Positions 20,396 through 31,160 of a stretch of DNA of 64,000 bases are shown here, piece by piece. The notes under the pieces are model-generated. The model searched no databases. It worked only from the letters and a program-made list of their open reading frames with translations, and was not told where the DNA came from. Numbering within the stretch: position 1 is the stretch's first letter; the number at the start of each line of letters is the position of its first letter. The position numbers were made by a program, and so were the translations under genes. Where the stretch lies: assembly GCA_963710605.1 (NCBI GenBank), contig CAVQBA010000006.1, forward strand, positions 768,001 to 832,000. Direction: 5' to 3'. The stretch is from an uncultured cyanobacterium. Lineage in GTDB: Bacteria > Cyanobacteriota > Cyanobacteriia > Cyanobacteriales > Cyanobacteriaceae.

Positions 20396-21529
20396 TAGTA
20401 AACCTCTTTGTTGAACAACTAAAGCACTTGCGTAATCTCTGTCACAAGTAAAACCACATTCTGAACAATGATGGAGTCTTTCTTTCAATTGTTTTTTACC
20501 CGTTAACGTTCCACAATTAGGACACGTTTGAGAGGTTAAGTTTTTATCCACCTTAAGAAAATAAACATCTCTTTTTCTGGCTACATGAGTAAGTATTTCT
20601 ATAAATGCACCAAAAGCAAAATCTAGTGAATGTTTGCGTAACATCCCTCTCGACCATGCTTTCGGCGATATATCTTCAAGAAATATCATTTTCGCTTGGT
20701 TGCAAAGATTATGGCTCAATTCATAATGAAATTGTTTTCTTTTGCTACCTATTTTTTCGTGCAGTAAAGCAATACGCATACAAGATTTATGCCAATTTAC
20801 TGACCCTTTTACTTTATGCTTTAACTTACGTTGCAGTGATGTCAACTTGCTTTGTAAGTCTAACAAGAATCTTGGTCTATCAATTGATTCATTTTTTGAT
20901 GTGTGTAGTATTTTGGTAAAGCCCAAATCTAGACCCAAACTTGAGTCAGATAAATCTGGTATTGGATTTGGTATATTCTCTACTGACTGAATTGTGCAAA
21001 CAGCATACCAACCAGAAGCCTTATTGACTATTTGAACTTGTTTGATGACAAATCCTTCTGGAATTGTTCTATGCAATATAATCTTCAATCTACCTATTTT
21101 GGGTAATTTAATTTGATTACCTTCAATCGGGCAAGTTTTAAATTGCGGAAATACGATTGAACGTATCTTTTTACGAAAACGTGGAAACCCAAATCCTCGT
21201 TGCTGAAATGCACGAAATGCCTTATCGACCTTACCTACTACCTCTTGGAGTACCTGCGACTGAACTTTTTTTAGCTCAGATACAGTTTTCTTCGCTTGAG
21301 TTAGTTCTCTTTTTTGTCTAAAATAATCTGGATAAGGAGTTTCATTTGGAATAATATATTCTTGAAAAAGACTACATCTATCCGCAGGAGACTTTTTTGA
21401 TTTTATCCAATCTTTTCTTTGACCTAGACAATAATTATAAACTTTTCGACATACACAAAGCCAGATAAAGAGTTTTTTCTCTTGAAGTGGTTCTGGATAA
21501 ATGCGGTACTCATAGTTTAAATTAATCAT
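20291..21529 (-). CDS. tnpB: RNA-guided endonuclease TnpB
   Basis: N-terminal YRIYP HTH, RuvC GLDLG / LEDI / DRD, zinc finger CPNC-CSEC. Confidence 0.95.
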   Translation of the reverse strand: MINLNYEYRIYPEPLQEKKLFIWLCVCRKVYNYCLGQRKDWIKSKKSPADRCSLFQEYIIPNETPYPDYFRQKRELTQAKKTVSELKKVQSQVLQEVVGKVDKAFRAFQQRGFGFPRFRKKIRSIVFPQFKTCPIEGNQIKLPKIGRLKIILHRTIPEGFVIKQVQIVNKASGWYAVCTIQSVENIPNPIPDLSDSSLGLDLGFTKILHTSKNESIDRPRFLLDLQSKLTSLQRKLKHKVKGSVNWHKSCMRIALLHEKIGSKRKQFHYELSHNLCNQAKMIFLEDISPKAWSRGMLRKHSLDFAFGAFIEILTHVARKRDVYFLKVDKNLTSQTCPNCGTLTGKKQLKERLHHCSECGFTCDRDYASALVVQQRGLLAVGQTVLQSVEDNGIGDKKKSKSRTVRKSRKSSS

Positions 21530-21903
21530 TTTCTAGGCGATTGAAGAAAATTGAATAGATTTAATATATCACTGATTGAAGATTATCGCAATGACAATCG
21601 GCTCGTATTCATCCCACACCGAAACTTAGTTATTTTTTATTGTGTTTACGGTGTGGGGCAACTCGAATCGATTAGCTAAAAACTGATTGATAATTATTGA
21701 TTAATTTTTCTACCTCGCTAAAAAATAAAATTGGTAATTTGATTAAGATTAAATTTGTCTTAATAGCAATTCAATTATTCTAGACTATGCTTAAGGTTTG
21801 GAAAGATAAAATATCTTTGTTGAGAATTCCAAACTTGAATAAATACACATTATCTTACATTAGTATTTTTTACTGTTTAGTTTCAATGTTCGCTCTTTTT
21901 TAA

Positions 21904-22605
21904 TTATGAATTCTTCGCTTTTAATTTCAATGGCTGATTAGATAAACATAACCAATGACAACTATACAAATTAGGTTGATGTGGATTGTTAATTGAAGCG
22001 ATGGCTGGAGTTGCAGGGAAAGGCCATAATCTATCAAAAATTATCTCATTTTTAACTAACTTAAACTGTAACAAATAAACCGAAGGGATTGCCTGAATAG
22101 AATCTAATAACTCAGAAGCTAATTTTTTGAGCTGAGGGCGAATTTCTAAAGGTAAATCAAAAGGTTGGTGATACTGATTAGGCATCATTCCTTCGCAAAT
22201 AACCGAACCAAAAGTAGATTCCCCATTCGCATAAATGATTGGTAACCACAAATCTCCTAACCAAATATTATCGTAGCTAGTTTTATAACCAAAATTTTGT
22301 TTTACCCATTTCCTTCTTCTCTCTAAATTGCGACAAGCATCATAAACTTTGCGCCCCGAAAAATTAAACCAATCGGGTAATTTAATCGTCAATGGACAAT
22401 AAATGGTTGAATCTTGAGAAAATTCAGGCGATTGCGGCGATTTTGACCATAAATCTGCTCCACTCAAAATTTCTATTTCATAAGAGTCACGAGAATTAAT
22501 GACGCTTTTACTTAACGCCAAAGCCATTCTTTCGGCGACAGGTGCTGTGGTGCTAATTTTACCTCCTTGTACTTGAGCATTAACGATGATAGTAACTTTT
22601 GGCAT
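21904..22605 (-). CDS. Conserved cyanobacterial hypothetical protein
   Basis: 233-aa ORF; YCPLT, LWLPI, FDRLWPFPA. Confidence 0.65.
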   Translation of the reverse strand: MPKVTIIVNAQVQGGKISTTAPVAERMALALSKSVINSRDSYEIEILSGADLWSKSPQSPEFSQDSTIYCPLTIKLPDWFNFSGRKVYDACRNLERRRKWVKQNFGYKTSYDNIWLGDLWLPIIYANGESTFGSVICEGMMPNQYHQPFDLPLEIRPQLKKLASELLDSIQAIPSVYLLQFKLVKNEIIFDRLWPFPATPAIASINNPHQPNLYSCHWLCLSNQPLKLKAKNS

Positions 22606-23433
22606 TATATAAGATATTGAAGTTTAGTTGTATTATCCCAGTCTTCGGCGATTTGTCTCTTTTAATTAATTGATTAATTGATTAATGAAGTTATGATTTA
22701 ACTTAAAAACCTATTTATATTTTACTTTAATTACGTCTGAAAAAGTAGTAAGTATATTTGCTTATTCCTTTTTAAATATAGGTTAAAAAATCATAATAAA
22801 AAGAGAATTAAGTACCTAGGGGCATAAACTATAGCTATTTATTAATTAATTATAAAGAAACTTATTTTCTATCTTAAGCTAAGATTTATAACTATGAAGT
22901 AAGTACAAAGAAAAATAGATCTAATTTTGTTAAATCGGTAACAAAGATTTATAATCATATTAATAATCATATTAATAATATTAATGTCAGTAAAATTTAT
23001 CTGATTAGATGAATAATCAGCTAATGAGTTTCACTCATGACTAAACTTAGTCTAACTTAAAGATTCTCTGTTTTATTGGTATAGTGAAACAGCAGGATAG
23101 ATAGAATTAGATCAACGAAAAAAATTACTTTAATAATAAGACATTGAGGATTGATCAATTGAATAAATAACGATCGTTATTTATCTTTATTATTTACCAA
23201 AAAGTCAAGGGTTTAAAACCCCGAATCTCGCTCCTTACAAAGGGGAGGGCTGTTTCATTCTCAAAAAGAAGAAAATAGCTATCTGCTCAAAACAAATAGC
23301 TAGAAGCAAAAAATAAATAGCTAGAAGCTATTACTACATAATCGATCGAGCGATTTGGTTACATTGTTCAAGCATTTTTAAGTTAATTGCCTTACAAGTA
23401 GAAAATTAAACATTATCAACAAGTAATAAAGAT

Positions 23434-24669
23434 TTAACTTTGATTTTCAACCATTGGTAAAACGGGTAAATCATTTTGTTTTGCGATTGTTTCATCAATC
23501 TCTACTTCTTCTAATAACTCTTGGGTAGGATTATCTTCGGTAATAACTTCAGGAGTAATCATTTGTTCGATAATTGCTTCTTCTTCTGGTGCAACTTCAG
23601 TTTCTATTTCTTCAGGGATAATCGGTTGTGTCTGCTTAGGTGCAACTTCAGTTTTTATTTCTTCGGGAATAGTTGATTGTGTAGTATCAGTATTACCCGA
23701 CGAAGTTTTTGTTTCAATTGGTTGAGTGACAACTTCAGTTAAAGTCTCATTTTCAGGATTAATAATTGCTTGTGCTTTTTCTAGACTGATGTTACCTGTG
23801 ACTAATTTAGCTAAAGTATCTTCTGATTGTGAATTAAAAGTAATCGCTCTGACAGTACTATTAAAGACATTTTTAACTAAATCACCATTTTCATCAATAT
23901 ACTCTAACTTAATCCAATTTTGACCTTCATTAAAACCTTCAAGATAGATAGGTTGCCATCTGTCTAGTAAAAAAGACTCTCCATTAACGGTTACTCTAAT
24001 CCGCCAATCAGTAATCTCATCATCAGGATTATCTTGAGCTACAACGTGTAAAGGTGCATCGGTTAAATAAAAATCTAACATAATTGGCTCAGCATTATAA
24101 ACACCTTGAGGGCGACTATAAGTTAGTAATGGTTGTGTTGATGAAGGATTGTTTTCTTCAGTCTTAGTAAATACATGAAAAGTAGTTGTAGCGTATGCAC
24201 CTCTATTTTTAAAACTTTCGTGCCAAGGGCGAGACGCAAAAACTCTAATAGTATGAGTGCCGGGGGTTAAATCTGATAAAGTGACAAGTTGATTGGTATT
24301 GTACACAGCTTGATAGGGTTTGTCATCCACAAAAAAATGTAAATGTGGCCCCATTTTTAATTCTGGATTTTTAAATGTGTCTAATCCTTCTACTTCTAAT
24401 TTAACTTCAACATTTTGACTTTCAACAACTTGATCATTTGTTGGGCTGATAATATTTACTTGTGGTTTGGTTTGAGCAAATTTTTGATTAAGTTGGCTAA
24501 TTAGTTTTGGTGGTGAAACTTCAGCTATTTTTTCGACACGAGGAAGGGGGGGTTTTGATTCGTCTTCAAATGCTTGAACGCTTTGTATAGTATCGTTACT
24601 ACTACAACTCATAAGTACTAAACTCATGATTGTAATAGTAAGCCATGATAATATTTTTTTGCCGATCAT
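23434..24669 (-). CDS. Hypothetical lipoprotein with acidic C-terminal tail
   Basis: Lipobox-like LMSC; GPHLH, PGTHTIRVFASRPWHESFKN; IPEEI-TEVAP repeats. Confidence 0.7.
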   Translation of the reverse strand: MIGKKILSWLTITIMSLVLMSCSSNDTIQSVQAFEDESKPPLPRVEKIAEVSPPKLISQLNQKFAQTKPQVNIISPTNDQVVESQNVEVKLEVEGLDTFKNPELKMGPHLHFFVDDKPYQAVYNTNQLVTLSDLTPGTHTIRVFASRPWHESFKNRGAYATTTFHVFTKTEENNPSSTQPLLTYSRPQGVYNAEPIMLDFYLTDAPLHVVAQDNPDDEITDWRIRVTVNGESFLLDRWQPIYLEGFNEGQNWIKLEYIDENGDLVKNVFNSTVRAITFNSQSEDTLAKLVTGNISLEKAQAIINPENETLTEVVTQPIETKTSSGNTDTTQSTIPEEIKTEVAPKQTQPIIPEEIETEVAPEEEAIIEQMITPEVITEDNPTQELLEEVEIDETIAKQNDLPVLPMVENQS

Positions 24670-24806
24670 AATCAGTAATCTAGTGACTTTTTTGTTTAAT
24701 AATCATACCCGAAAAGATGAGTAATAAGTAATAAGTAAGAAGTAAGGAGTAATAAATATTAATTGTCAATTGTCCATTGTCAATTGTCAATTATTCTAGG
24801 TGCTTG

Positions 24807-26210
24807 TTAGCTTTTAATCTGAGCTAGTAAATCATTAAAAGGTTGCCAGTTATCTTCAGTGGCGATCGATTCCCAGACAGCTTCAATAACAGGGCGTACG
24901 GGAACTATTTTTGGATTATGTTTCTCTAGAGTATTCGGTACTTGTGCCAATTCTTGATCTGATAGTGTTGCTAAACAGCGAGAATATAATCTTTGCCATG
25001 TTTTTAAGTAAGAAGAATTAATCTCACTATTTTCCATAATTAAACTTTCATCTGATTGCCAACCCTGATTATATTGAGTAGTTAAATCGATAAAAAATTG
25101 AGGATAACTATATTGACTGTCTTTAAGTAAATCGATCGTTGTTTTAACTAAATCGATCGCAATATCAGAATCTAGTTTAGTAAGTCCTAATTTACCTAAC
25201 ATTAAATGACGATAATACTCTTCATAATAATCATTAAATATTGCTAACTCAACTTGTAAATCAGCCGAAGGGATGACTAAATTTAGTGGTTTTTGTAATA
25301 ATTCTAAATTCCAACGACAAATAGCTGGTTGATTTCCATAACTGTATCTGCCACCATAATCAAAATAAGCCGCGGTAAATTTTGGATCATATGTATTAAT
25401 AAAAGCATAAGGACCATAATCAAAACTTTCTCCTGTAATCGACATATTATCAGTATTTAGAACACCATGACAAAAACCTGCCGCCATCCATTGAGCCGCA
25501 AGTAAAGCCACTCTTTCGACTAATTCTCGGTAAAATTTTGTATAAGGTTGGTCAACTGTTGTTAAATGAGGATAATAATTATAAATAACATGATCTAATA
25601 AGTTTTTAATCAAATCAGGGCGTTCGTGGTAATAAAGCCTCTCAAAAGTACCAAAACGAAGGTGAGAATGACTAAAACGTACCATCACACTACTACGAGT
25701 CGGTGAAGGCTCATCTCCCCGCCAGAGGGCTTCTCCTGTCTCAATTAAGCAAAAACAACGAGATGTATTGACACCCATCCTTGATAAAGTCTCAGCGGCG
25801 ATAACTTCTCTTACTCCTCCTTTAAGGGTTAGTCTGCCATCGGCTTGACGAGAATATGGCGTTCTACCTGTGCCTTTAGTACCAAAGTCATAGAGTTTTT
25901 CATCTTTACCCCTAACTTGTCCGTAAACAAAGCCTCTACCATCTCCTAATTGAGGATTGTAACTACCGAATTGATAACCATGATATTTTAAAGCCAAAAA
26001 AGGACGTATTCCTTTAAATTTACCGAAAGCTTCTAACCAATCGTTTTCACTAACAGTATCTGGAGCGATATTGATAAAGGGTAACAAATCTTTGTTAGCG
26101 TATCTTAAAATTAATTCAGGAAATTCAGCGGCGACTACTTCACTATAGTAATCTTCCCCTAAGTTTTCGATCGCTAAGTCGTATTCTAGATTAAGAAATG
26201 GATTGGTCAT
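24807..26210 (-). CDS. selO: Protein adenylyltransferase SelO (YdiU)
   Basis: YHGYQFG, LGDGRG, KGTGRTPYSR, HGVLNTDNMSI..DYGP. Confidence 0.93.
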   Translation of the reverse strand: MTNPFLNLEYDLAIENLGEDYYSEVVAAEFPELILRYANKDLLPFINIAPDTVSENDWLEAFGKFKGIRPFLALKYHGYQFGSYNPQLGDGRGFVYGQVRGKDEKLYDFGTKGTGRTPYSRQADGRLTLKGGVREVIAAETLSRMGVNTSRCFCLIETGEALWRGDEPSPTRSSVMVRFSHSHLRFGTFERLYYHERPDLIKNLLDHVIYNYYPHLTTVDQPYTKFYRELVERVALLAAQWMAAGFCHGVLNTDNMSITGESFDYGPYAFINTYDPKFTAAYFDYGGRYSYGNQPAICRWNLELLQKPLNLVIPSADLQVELAIFNDYYEEYYRHLMLGKLGLTKLDSDIAIDLVKTTIDLLKDSQYSYPQFFIDLTTQYNQGWQSDESLIMENSEINSSYLKTWQRLYSRCLATLSDQELAQVPNTLEKHNPKIVPVRPVIEAVWESIATEDNWQPFNDLLAQIKS

Positions 26211-26562
26211 ATTTGATAGTTAAAAGTTAAGAGTCAAGAGTTAAGAGTTAAAACAGGCACTCGTGCAAAAGTTAAAAGTCTTTCATAACTATAAGCTATA
26301 AGCTAATTGTTCATTATTAATTGTTCACTGTTCATTGATAATGTGTTTGTTTGTTTACATTTATTGTAAAACGTTGTTGAAGTTATCCGTTAACATTAAT
26401 TGGAGTTAGAAAGTTGTTCAAGTAACAATATTGTTAGTGTTATTTAATTAAAACTGAAAACGATCGATTATTTTAGCGGTAAATTTTCAGTCTCATGACA
26501 ATATTAGTGTAAAAAATTGGATCGAAACACTCATTTCAATCTAAAATTTGGATAATCTATAA

Positions 26563-26934
<372 letters not shown>

Positions 26935-26949
26935 TCATAATTGAGAATT

Positions 26950-26999
26950 GCGGTGAGAACCCGCGGAAGTTCCTTCCGCTAGGGAACGCTCACCAAGAC
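26950..26999 (+). mobile_element. Small structured element (RCGGT...ACCAAGAC family) inside a GAGAATT tandem repeat
   Basis: GGTGAG/CTCACC and CCC/GGG stems, flanked by GAGAATT units. Confidence 0.75.
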
Positions 27000-27222
27000 G
27001 AGAATTGAGAATTGAGAATTAATAATTAGTTATTGATCCAAATTACGATAATTTATAATTAATGCTTTCTCATTCTCTCAATTTAATTCTCAAAATATCG
27101 ATCGATCAATGGCTACATAGTAATTTTTTTATTTCAAAGTTATTGTTTAATTAAAATTGGTTATATTTAAGACCAGAGTTTATTTTATAATTATCGATCA
27201 ATTTTTAAAAACCCAGATTTCT

Positions 27223-27864
27223 ATGAGAATAAGTAAGAAGAAAAAAGCTACAGAAATTTTAACTATTCTCAAACAATTATATCCTTCTGCTACTTGTAGT
27301 TTGGACTATCAAACGCCCTTACAATTGTTAGTTGCAACTATCTTATCCGCTCAATGTACCGACGAGCGAGTGAATAAGGTTACACCTGCTTTGTTTGCTA
27401 GATTTCCTGACGCTCAGAGTTTTGCTAATGCCGATCGAGAAGAGATTGAAACATTAGTACGATCGACTGGTTTTTTTCGTAATAAAGCTAAAAATATTCA
27501 AAATGCGTCGATTAAAATAGTCGAAGATTTTGATGGGAATGTACCCCAAACAATGGAGGAATTGTTAACTTTAGCTGGTGTTGCCCGTAAAACAGCTAAT
27601 GTAGTTTTAGCTCATGCTTTTGGTGTCATAGAAGGGGTAACAGTAGATACTCATGTCAAACGTTTGAGTAATCGTTTGGGTTTAACTAAAAAGTCTAATC
27701 CTGTTCAAATAGAGCAAGATTTAATGAAATTGTTACCGCAACCTGAATGGGAAATTTTTTCGATTAGTATTATTTATCATGGCAGAGCGGTATGTAATGC
27801 CAGAAAGCCGAAGTGCGAAAACTGTGATTTAGCTCATTTGTGTGTTTTTGTACGATCGTTGTAG
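27223..27864 (+). CDS. nth: Endonuclease III (ATG at 27223 preferred over TTG at 27157)
   Basis: LSAQCTD, HhH GVARKTANV, VDTHV, 4Fe-4S motif C-X6-C-X2-C-X5-C. Confidence 0.95.
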   Translation: MRISKKKKATEILTILKQLYPSATCSLDYQTPLQLLVATILSAQCTDERVNKVTPALFARFPDAQSFANADREEIETLVRSTGFFRNKAKNIQNASIKIVEDFDGNVPQTMEELLTLAGVARKTANVVLAHAFGVIEGVTVDTHVKRLSNRLGLTKKSNPVQIEQDLMKLLPQPEWEIFSISIIYHGRAVCNARKPKCENCDLAHLCVFVRSL

Positions 27865-28055
27865 TCTTTATTTATTTACAGAAAGACTAAAGTCCTGACT
27901 ACTGATGAACAGGTGTATTAATTTATTACTTTTATTATTCGTTGATTTAGGGTTGAATGATATTCAACCCCCTACGATCGTTTACAATCAAATACAAAAT
28001 ATAAGGAGTCAACAACTATCAATTTTAATTCTAGATTCTAACTTCTAAATTCTCT

Positions 28056-30440
28056 TCAGATATCATAAAGTTGCTTTTCTAATTGTTGTACTGTTTGTCG
28101 ATAACCTTTTCTCCCGCCAAATAACTGAGCTATTTCCATCGGTGTACCTATTTGATTAAAAGGATCGATTTTTAAAATCTGTGGTTCTGTGACGGCTTCT
28201 AACCCCTCATCAGCATACTTATCAAGAAGTGTGGATAATACTTTTTTTGCTTTATCGCCATACTTACTAAAATAATTACGTTTTTGCACTTGTGTTGCTC
28301 TTTCTTGTCGGGTTAAAGGAGGCACATCCCAAACTAGATGGCAGATTAAATCAAAGGGATTGTAATTTTTACCGACTTGTTGAGCTAATTCAGGAAAAAA
28401 TACACCTTCTTGGGCTAACTCTTCAATGATTACTTGTTTTTTCTCGGCTTTACTCCATTTACGCAAGAAATCGTCTAAAGAGCTATATTGATGATTAACT
28501 CGATTGCGGGTATAGTCTTTTAAAGATTCGGTAATCAGTTTGCCATCTGCATCATAATATTGCACCCGCTCGGATGCAACAGTTACTTTTACATCACGAA
28601 CAATATATTTATTTACTCGATCGTTATCATTTGTCCATTCACCCCAATTTCCTTGAGATTCATAAGCATTATAGACACCGTCTTTATGATTTGTTTCTGG
28701 GTACTTGTAAGACTCATCTTGCTGGTCAAAATCATCTGGAGGTACAGGGGAATCTTCTAATGATTTAGGCTCATAAATTTGGACTGGATCGCCGTCAAAG
28801 TTAGGGTCAGCAAATAGTTCAGTTGCTTTTTTAAAATCGATGATAGTAAAGTAAAATTTATCGTAATCTTCGTTGATGCGTGTGCCTCTACCAATAATTT
28901 GTTTAAATTCGCTCATCGATCGTATCCGTTGGTCGAGTACAATTAGTTTACAAGTAACAGCATCAACACCAGTGGTCATTAATTTAGAAGTAGTGACGAT
29001 GACAGGGTAAACACTTTCAGCAAAGATAAAGTTGTCAAGTTCGTTTTTGCCTTCTAGATTATCTCCTGTTATACGCATCACATATTTGGAGTTTTCGGCG
29101 ACTAAATCACTATTGGCATTAGCTAAACAGGTACGCATTCTTTCGGCATGATCAATATTTTCACAAAAAACGATCGTTTTATCGTAGCGATTAGTATTTT
29201 TCAGAAATTCGGTAATTTTTTGAGCAACTAATTCAGTCCGTTTTTCTAAAACTAGATTTTTATCAAAGTCTTTTTGGTTATAAATTTTGTCTTCGATAGT
29301 ATAACCATATTTATCTTTTTGTCCTTTTTGTGGGCGCCATCCTGATAAATCTTTGTCGATGTCAATTCGCACTACTTTATAAGGGGCAAGAAAACCATCA
29401 TCAATACCTTGACGTAAAGAGTAAGTATAAATGGGTTCACCAAAATAATCAATATTAGAGACATCTTTAGTTTCTTTCGGAGTCGCCGTTAAACCGATTT
29501 GGGTAGCAGTAGAAAAATAGTCTAATATCTCTCGCCATGCAGAATCTTCCGAGGCACTACCCCGATGACATTCGTCAATCACAATCAAGTCAAAAAAATC
29601 AGGGCTAAATTGTCGGTAAATATTTTTATCTTCTTCTTTTCCTGTAACGGCTTGATATAAAGCTAAATAAATTTCGTAGGCTTTATTGGCTTGTCGTTTT
29701 TGAATTTTGGTCATTGCCGAACCAAAGGGTTTAAAATCGTTTACCATGGTTTGGTCAGCTAAGATATTTCGATCGACTAAGAACAAAATTCTTTTTTTAT
29801 AACGAGATTTCCATAACCGCCAAATTATCTGAAAAGCGGTAAACGTTTTACCTGTGCCTGTCGCCATCACTAGTAAGATGCGTTGTTGCCCTAAACTGAT
29901 AGCTTCAATGGTTTTGTTAACTGCTAAAAGTTGATAGTAACGAGGAGTTTTACCACTGCCGTCATTGTAATAGTCTTGGGTAATTAGTTTTTCTTGTTGC
30001 TCGTTAAAACCTTGAAAATCTGACCACCAACGCCATAAAGTTTGCGGTGAAGGTATCTGCTCAAATTCTAATTCTTTTTCGATGATTCCATCTTGATTTA
30101 TTTTATTATGAAACAAGACTCGATCGCCATTACTACTAAAAACAAAAGGCACTTGTAACAACTCGGCATAACCTAAAGCTTGTTGCATACCATCACCAAC
30201 GCTATGATTATTATCTTTAGCTTCAATTACTGCGATAGGAAGATTGGGTTTATAAAACAAGACATAATCAGCCCATTTATTTTTACCACGAATATGTAAT
30301 TTACCTCGCACCATCACTCGCCCATTGGTTAAAGTAAATTCTTCTCTAATTTGGGTTTGAATATTCCAACCTGCTTTTTCTAAGGCGGGGGTGATAAATT
30401 TGGTACAAATATCTCTTTCTGATAAGTCTTTTTTATTCAT
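28056..30440 (-). CDS. hsdR: Type I restriction subunit R (EcoAI-like)
   Basis: ADY..VIEAK nuclease motif, [26 protein letters not shown]. Confidence 0.95.
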   Translation of the reverse strand: MNKKDLSERDICTKFITPALEKAGWNIQTQIREEFTLTNGRVMVRGKLHIRGKNKWADYVLFYKPNLPIAVIEAKDNNHSVGDGMQQALGYAELLQVPFVFSSNGDRVLFHNKINQDGIIEKELEFEQIPSPQTLWRWWSDFQGFNEQQEKLITQDYYNDGSGKTPRYYQLLAVNKTIEAISLGQQRILLVMATGTGKTFTAFQIIWRLWKSRYKKRILFLVDRNILADQTMVNDFKPFGSAMTKIQKRQANKAYEIYLALYQAVTGKEEDKNIYRQFSPDFFDLIVIDECHRGSASEDSAWREILDYFSTATQIGLTATPKETKDVSNIDYFGEPIYTYSLRQGIDDGFLAPYKVVRIDIDKDLSGWRPQKGQKDKYGYTIEDKIYNQKDFDKNLVLEKRTELVAQKITEFLKNTNRYDKTIVFCENIDHAERMRTCLANANSDLVAENSKYVMRITGDNLEGKNELDNFIFAESVYPVIVTTSKLMTTGVDAVTCKLIVLDQRIRSMSEFKQIIGRGTRINEDYDKFYFTIIDFKKATELFADPNFDGDPVQIYEPKSLEDSPVPPDDFDQQDESYKYPETNHKDGVYNAYESQGNWGEWTNDNDRVNKYIVRDVKVTVASERVQYYDADGKLITESLKDYTRNRVNHQYSSLDDFLRKWSKAEKKQVIIEELAQEGVFFPELAQQVGKNYNPFDLICHLVWDVPPLTRQERATQVQKRNYFSKYGDKAKKVLSTLLDKYADEGLEAVTEPQILKIDPFNQIGTPMEIAQLFGGRKGYRQTVQQLEKQLYDI

Positions 30441-30575
30441 CAGTTGATGGTTTGAGGAGTAAAGGAAATTTATTTTTATTATGACATTAACAGAAATTAG
30501 ATGAATGTTTCAATCGTCTAAATTATATTTTTAAATTATGGTTGAAAGATATATCAAATATGACATAATATCTTG

Positions 30576-30623
30576 ATGAGTAATCAAACAACCAAACCTT
30601 TAGTCTGGCTCAAAAGAGATTAA
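30576..30623 (+). pseudogene. Remnant of RelE/ParE-type toxin gene
   Basis: MSNQTTKPLVWL then stop; KPLVWL is the N-terminus I recognise in toxins paired with this antitoxin type. Confidence 0.55.
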
Positions 30624-30625
30624 TT

Positions 30626-30940
30626 ATTGATATAGATAAAAAGCAAAAATTAGAAGCCAAAGGTTGGCAAGTAGGAGATACAGCTGATTTTTTAGATTTA
30701 CAACCCGACGAAGTTGCTTTTATTGAGTTTAAATTAGCTTTAAGTAAACAACTAAGAAAAATGAGAACATCTCAAAATATTTCTCAACAAAATTTGGCTC
30801 AACAAATTAATTCTTCTCAATCTCGAATCGCTAAAATGGAGGCTTGTGATAGTTCTGTTTCTGTTGATTTAATGGTCAAAACGATATTTTCTCTTGGTGC
30901 AACTAATCAAGATATCGCTCAGGCTATCGTTGATAATTAA
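30626..30940 (+). CDS. XRE-family HTH antitoxin, ATT at the expected start (not in ORF track; possibly a pseudogene)
   Basis: IDIDKKQKLEAKGWQVG..FL..KLALSKQLR..ISQQNLAQQINSSQSRIAKME..SVSVDL. Confidence 0.75.
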   Translation: MDIDKKQKLEAKGWQVGDTADFLDLQPDEVAFIEFKLALSKQLRKMRTSQNISQQNLAQQINSSQSRIAKMEACDSSVSVDLMVKTIFSLGATNQDIAQAIVDN

Positions 30941-31019
30941 GACTTGATGAAGGGTTGTCTGAATCTAATAGTAGCAATGGTAAATTTAGATTGAGAAAAA
31001 AAATTTCTGAGGTTTATAA

Positions 31020-31143
31020 CCCACCCCGAAATCAATTTCAGGGCTAATAGATTACGTTCAATAAATCGAACTGGGAAATCTCAAACATTAGTTGATTTTA
31101 ATCAACGATTGCTATTAGCCTTGTCAATTCATACCCAAGGTGA
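31020..31143. repeat. Inverted pair of double-hairpin repeats (AGTT..AAC-N-TTAGCC..GG), REPIN-like
   Basis: Single copies near 32980-33033, 38041-38093, 57120-57172. Confidence 0.7.
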
Positions 31144-31160
31144 GTTTACTGTTTTAACAC

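Larger units (their letters stand above)
20237..21680 (-). mobile_element. tnpB-only IS200/IS605 element (IS1341-like)
   Basis: Right end GAAG-hairpin-TCAC on minus strand (20237-20284); left-end hairpin CCCACACCG/CGGTGTGGG at 21613-21657; no tnpA; left boundary approximate. Confidence 0.8.

Noticed and set aside
22606-23194. Long AT-rich intergenic region with a duplicated ATAATCATATTA
   Set aside because: No supportable ORF or RNA structure; low complexity explains the repeat
26345-26358. NtcA-like GTT-N8-TAC upstream of glnB
   Set aside because: Imperfect, lies in a low-complexity GTTT run, and has no -10 box at the canonical spacing
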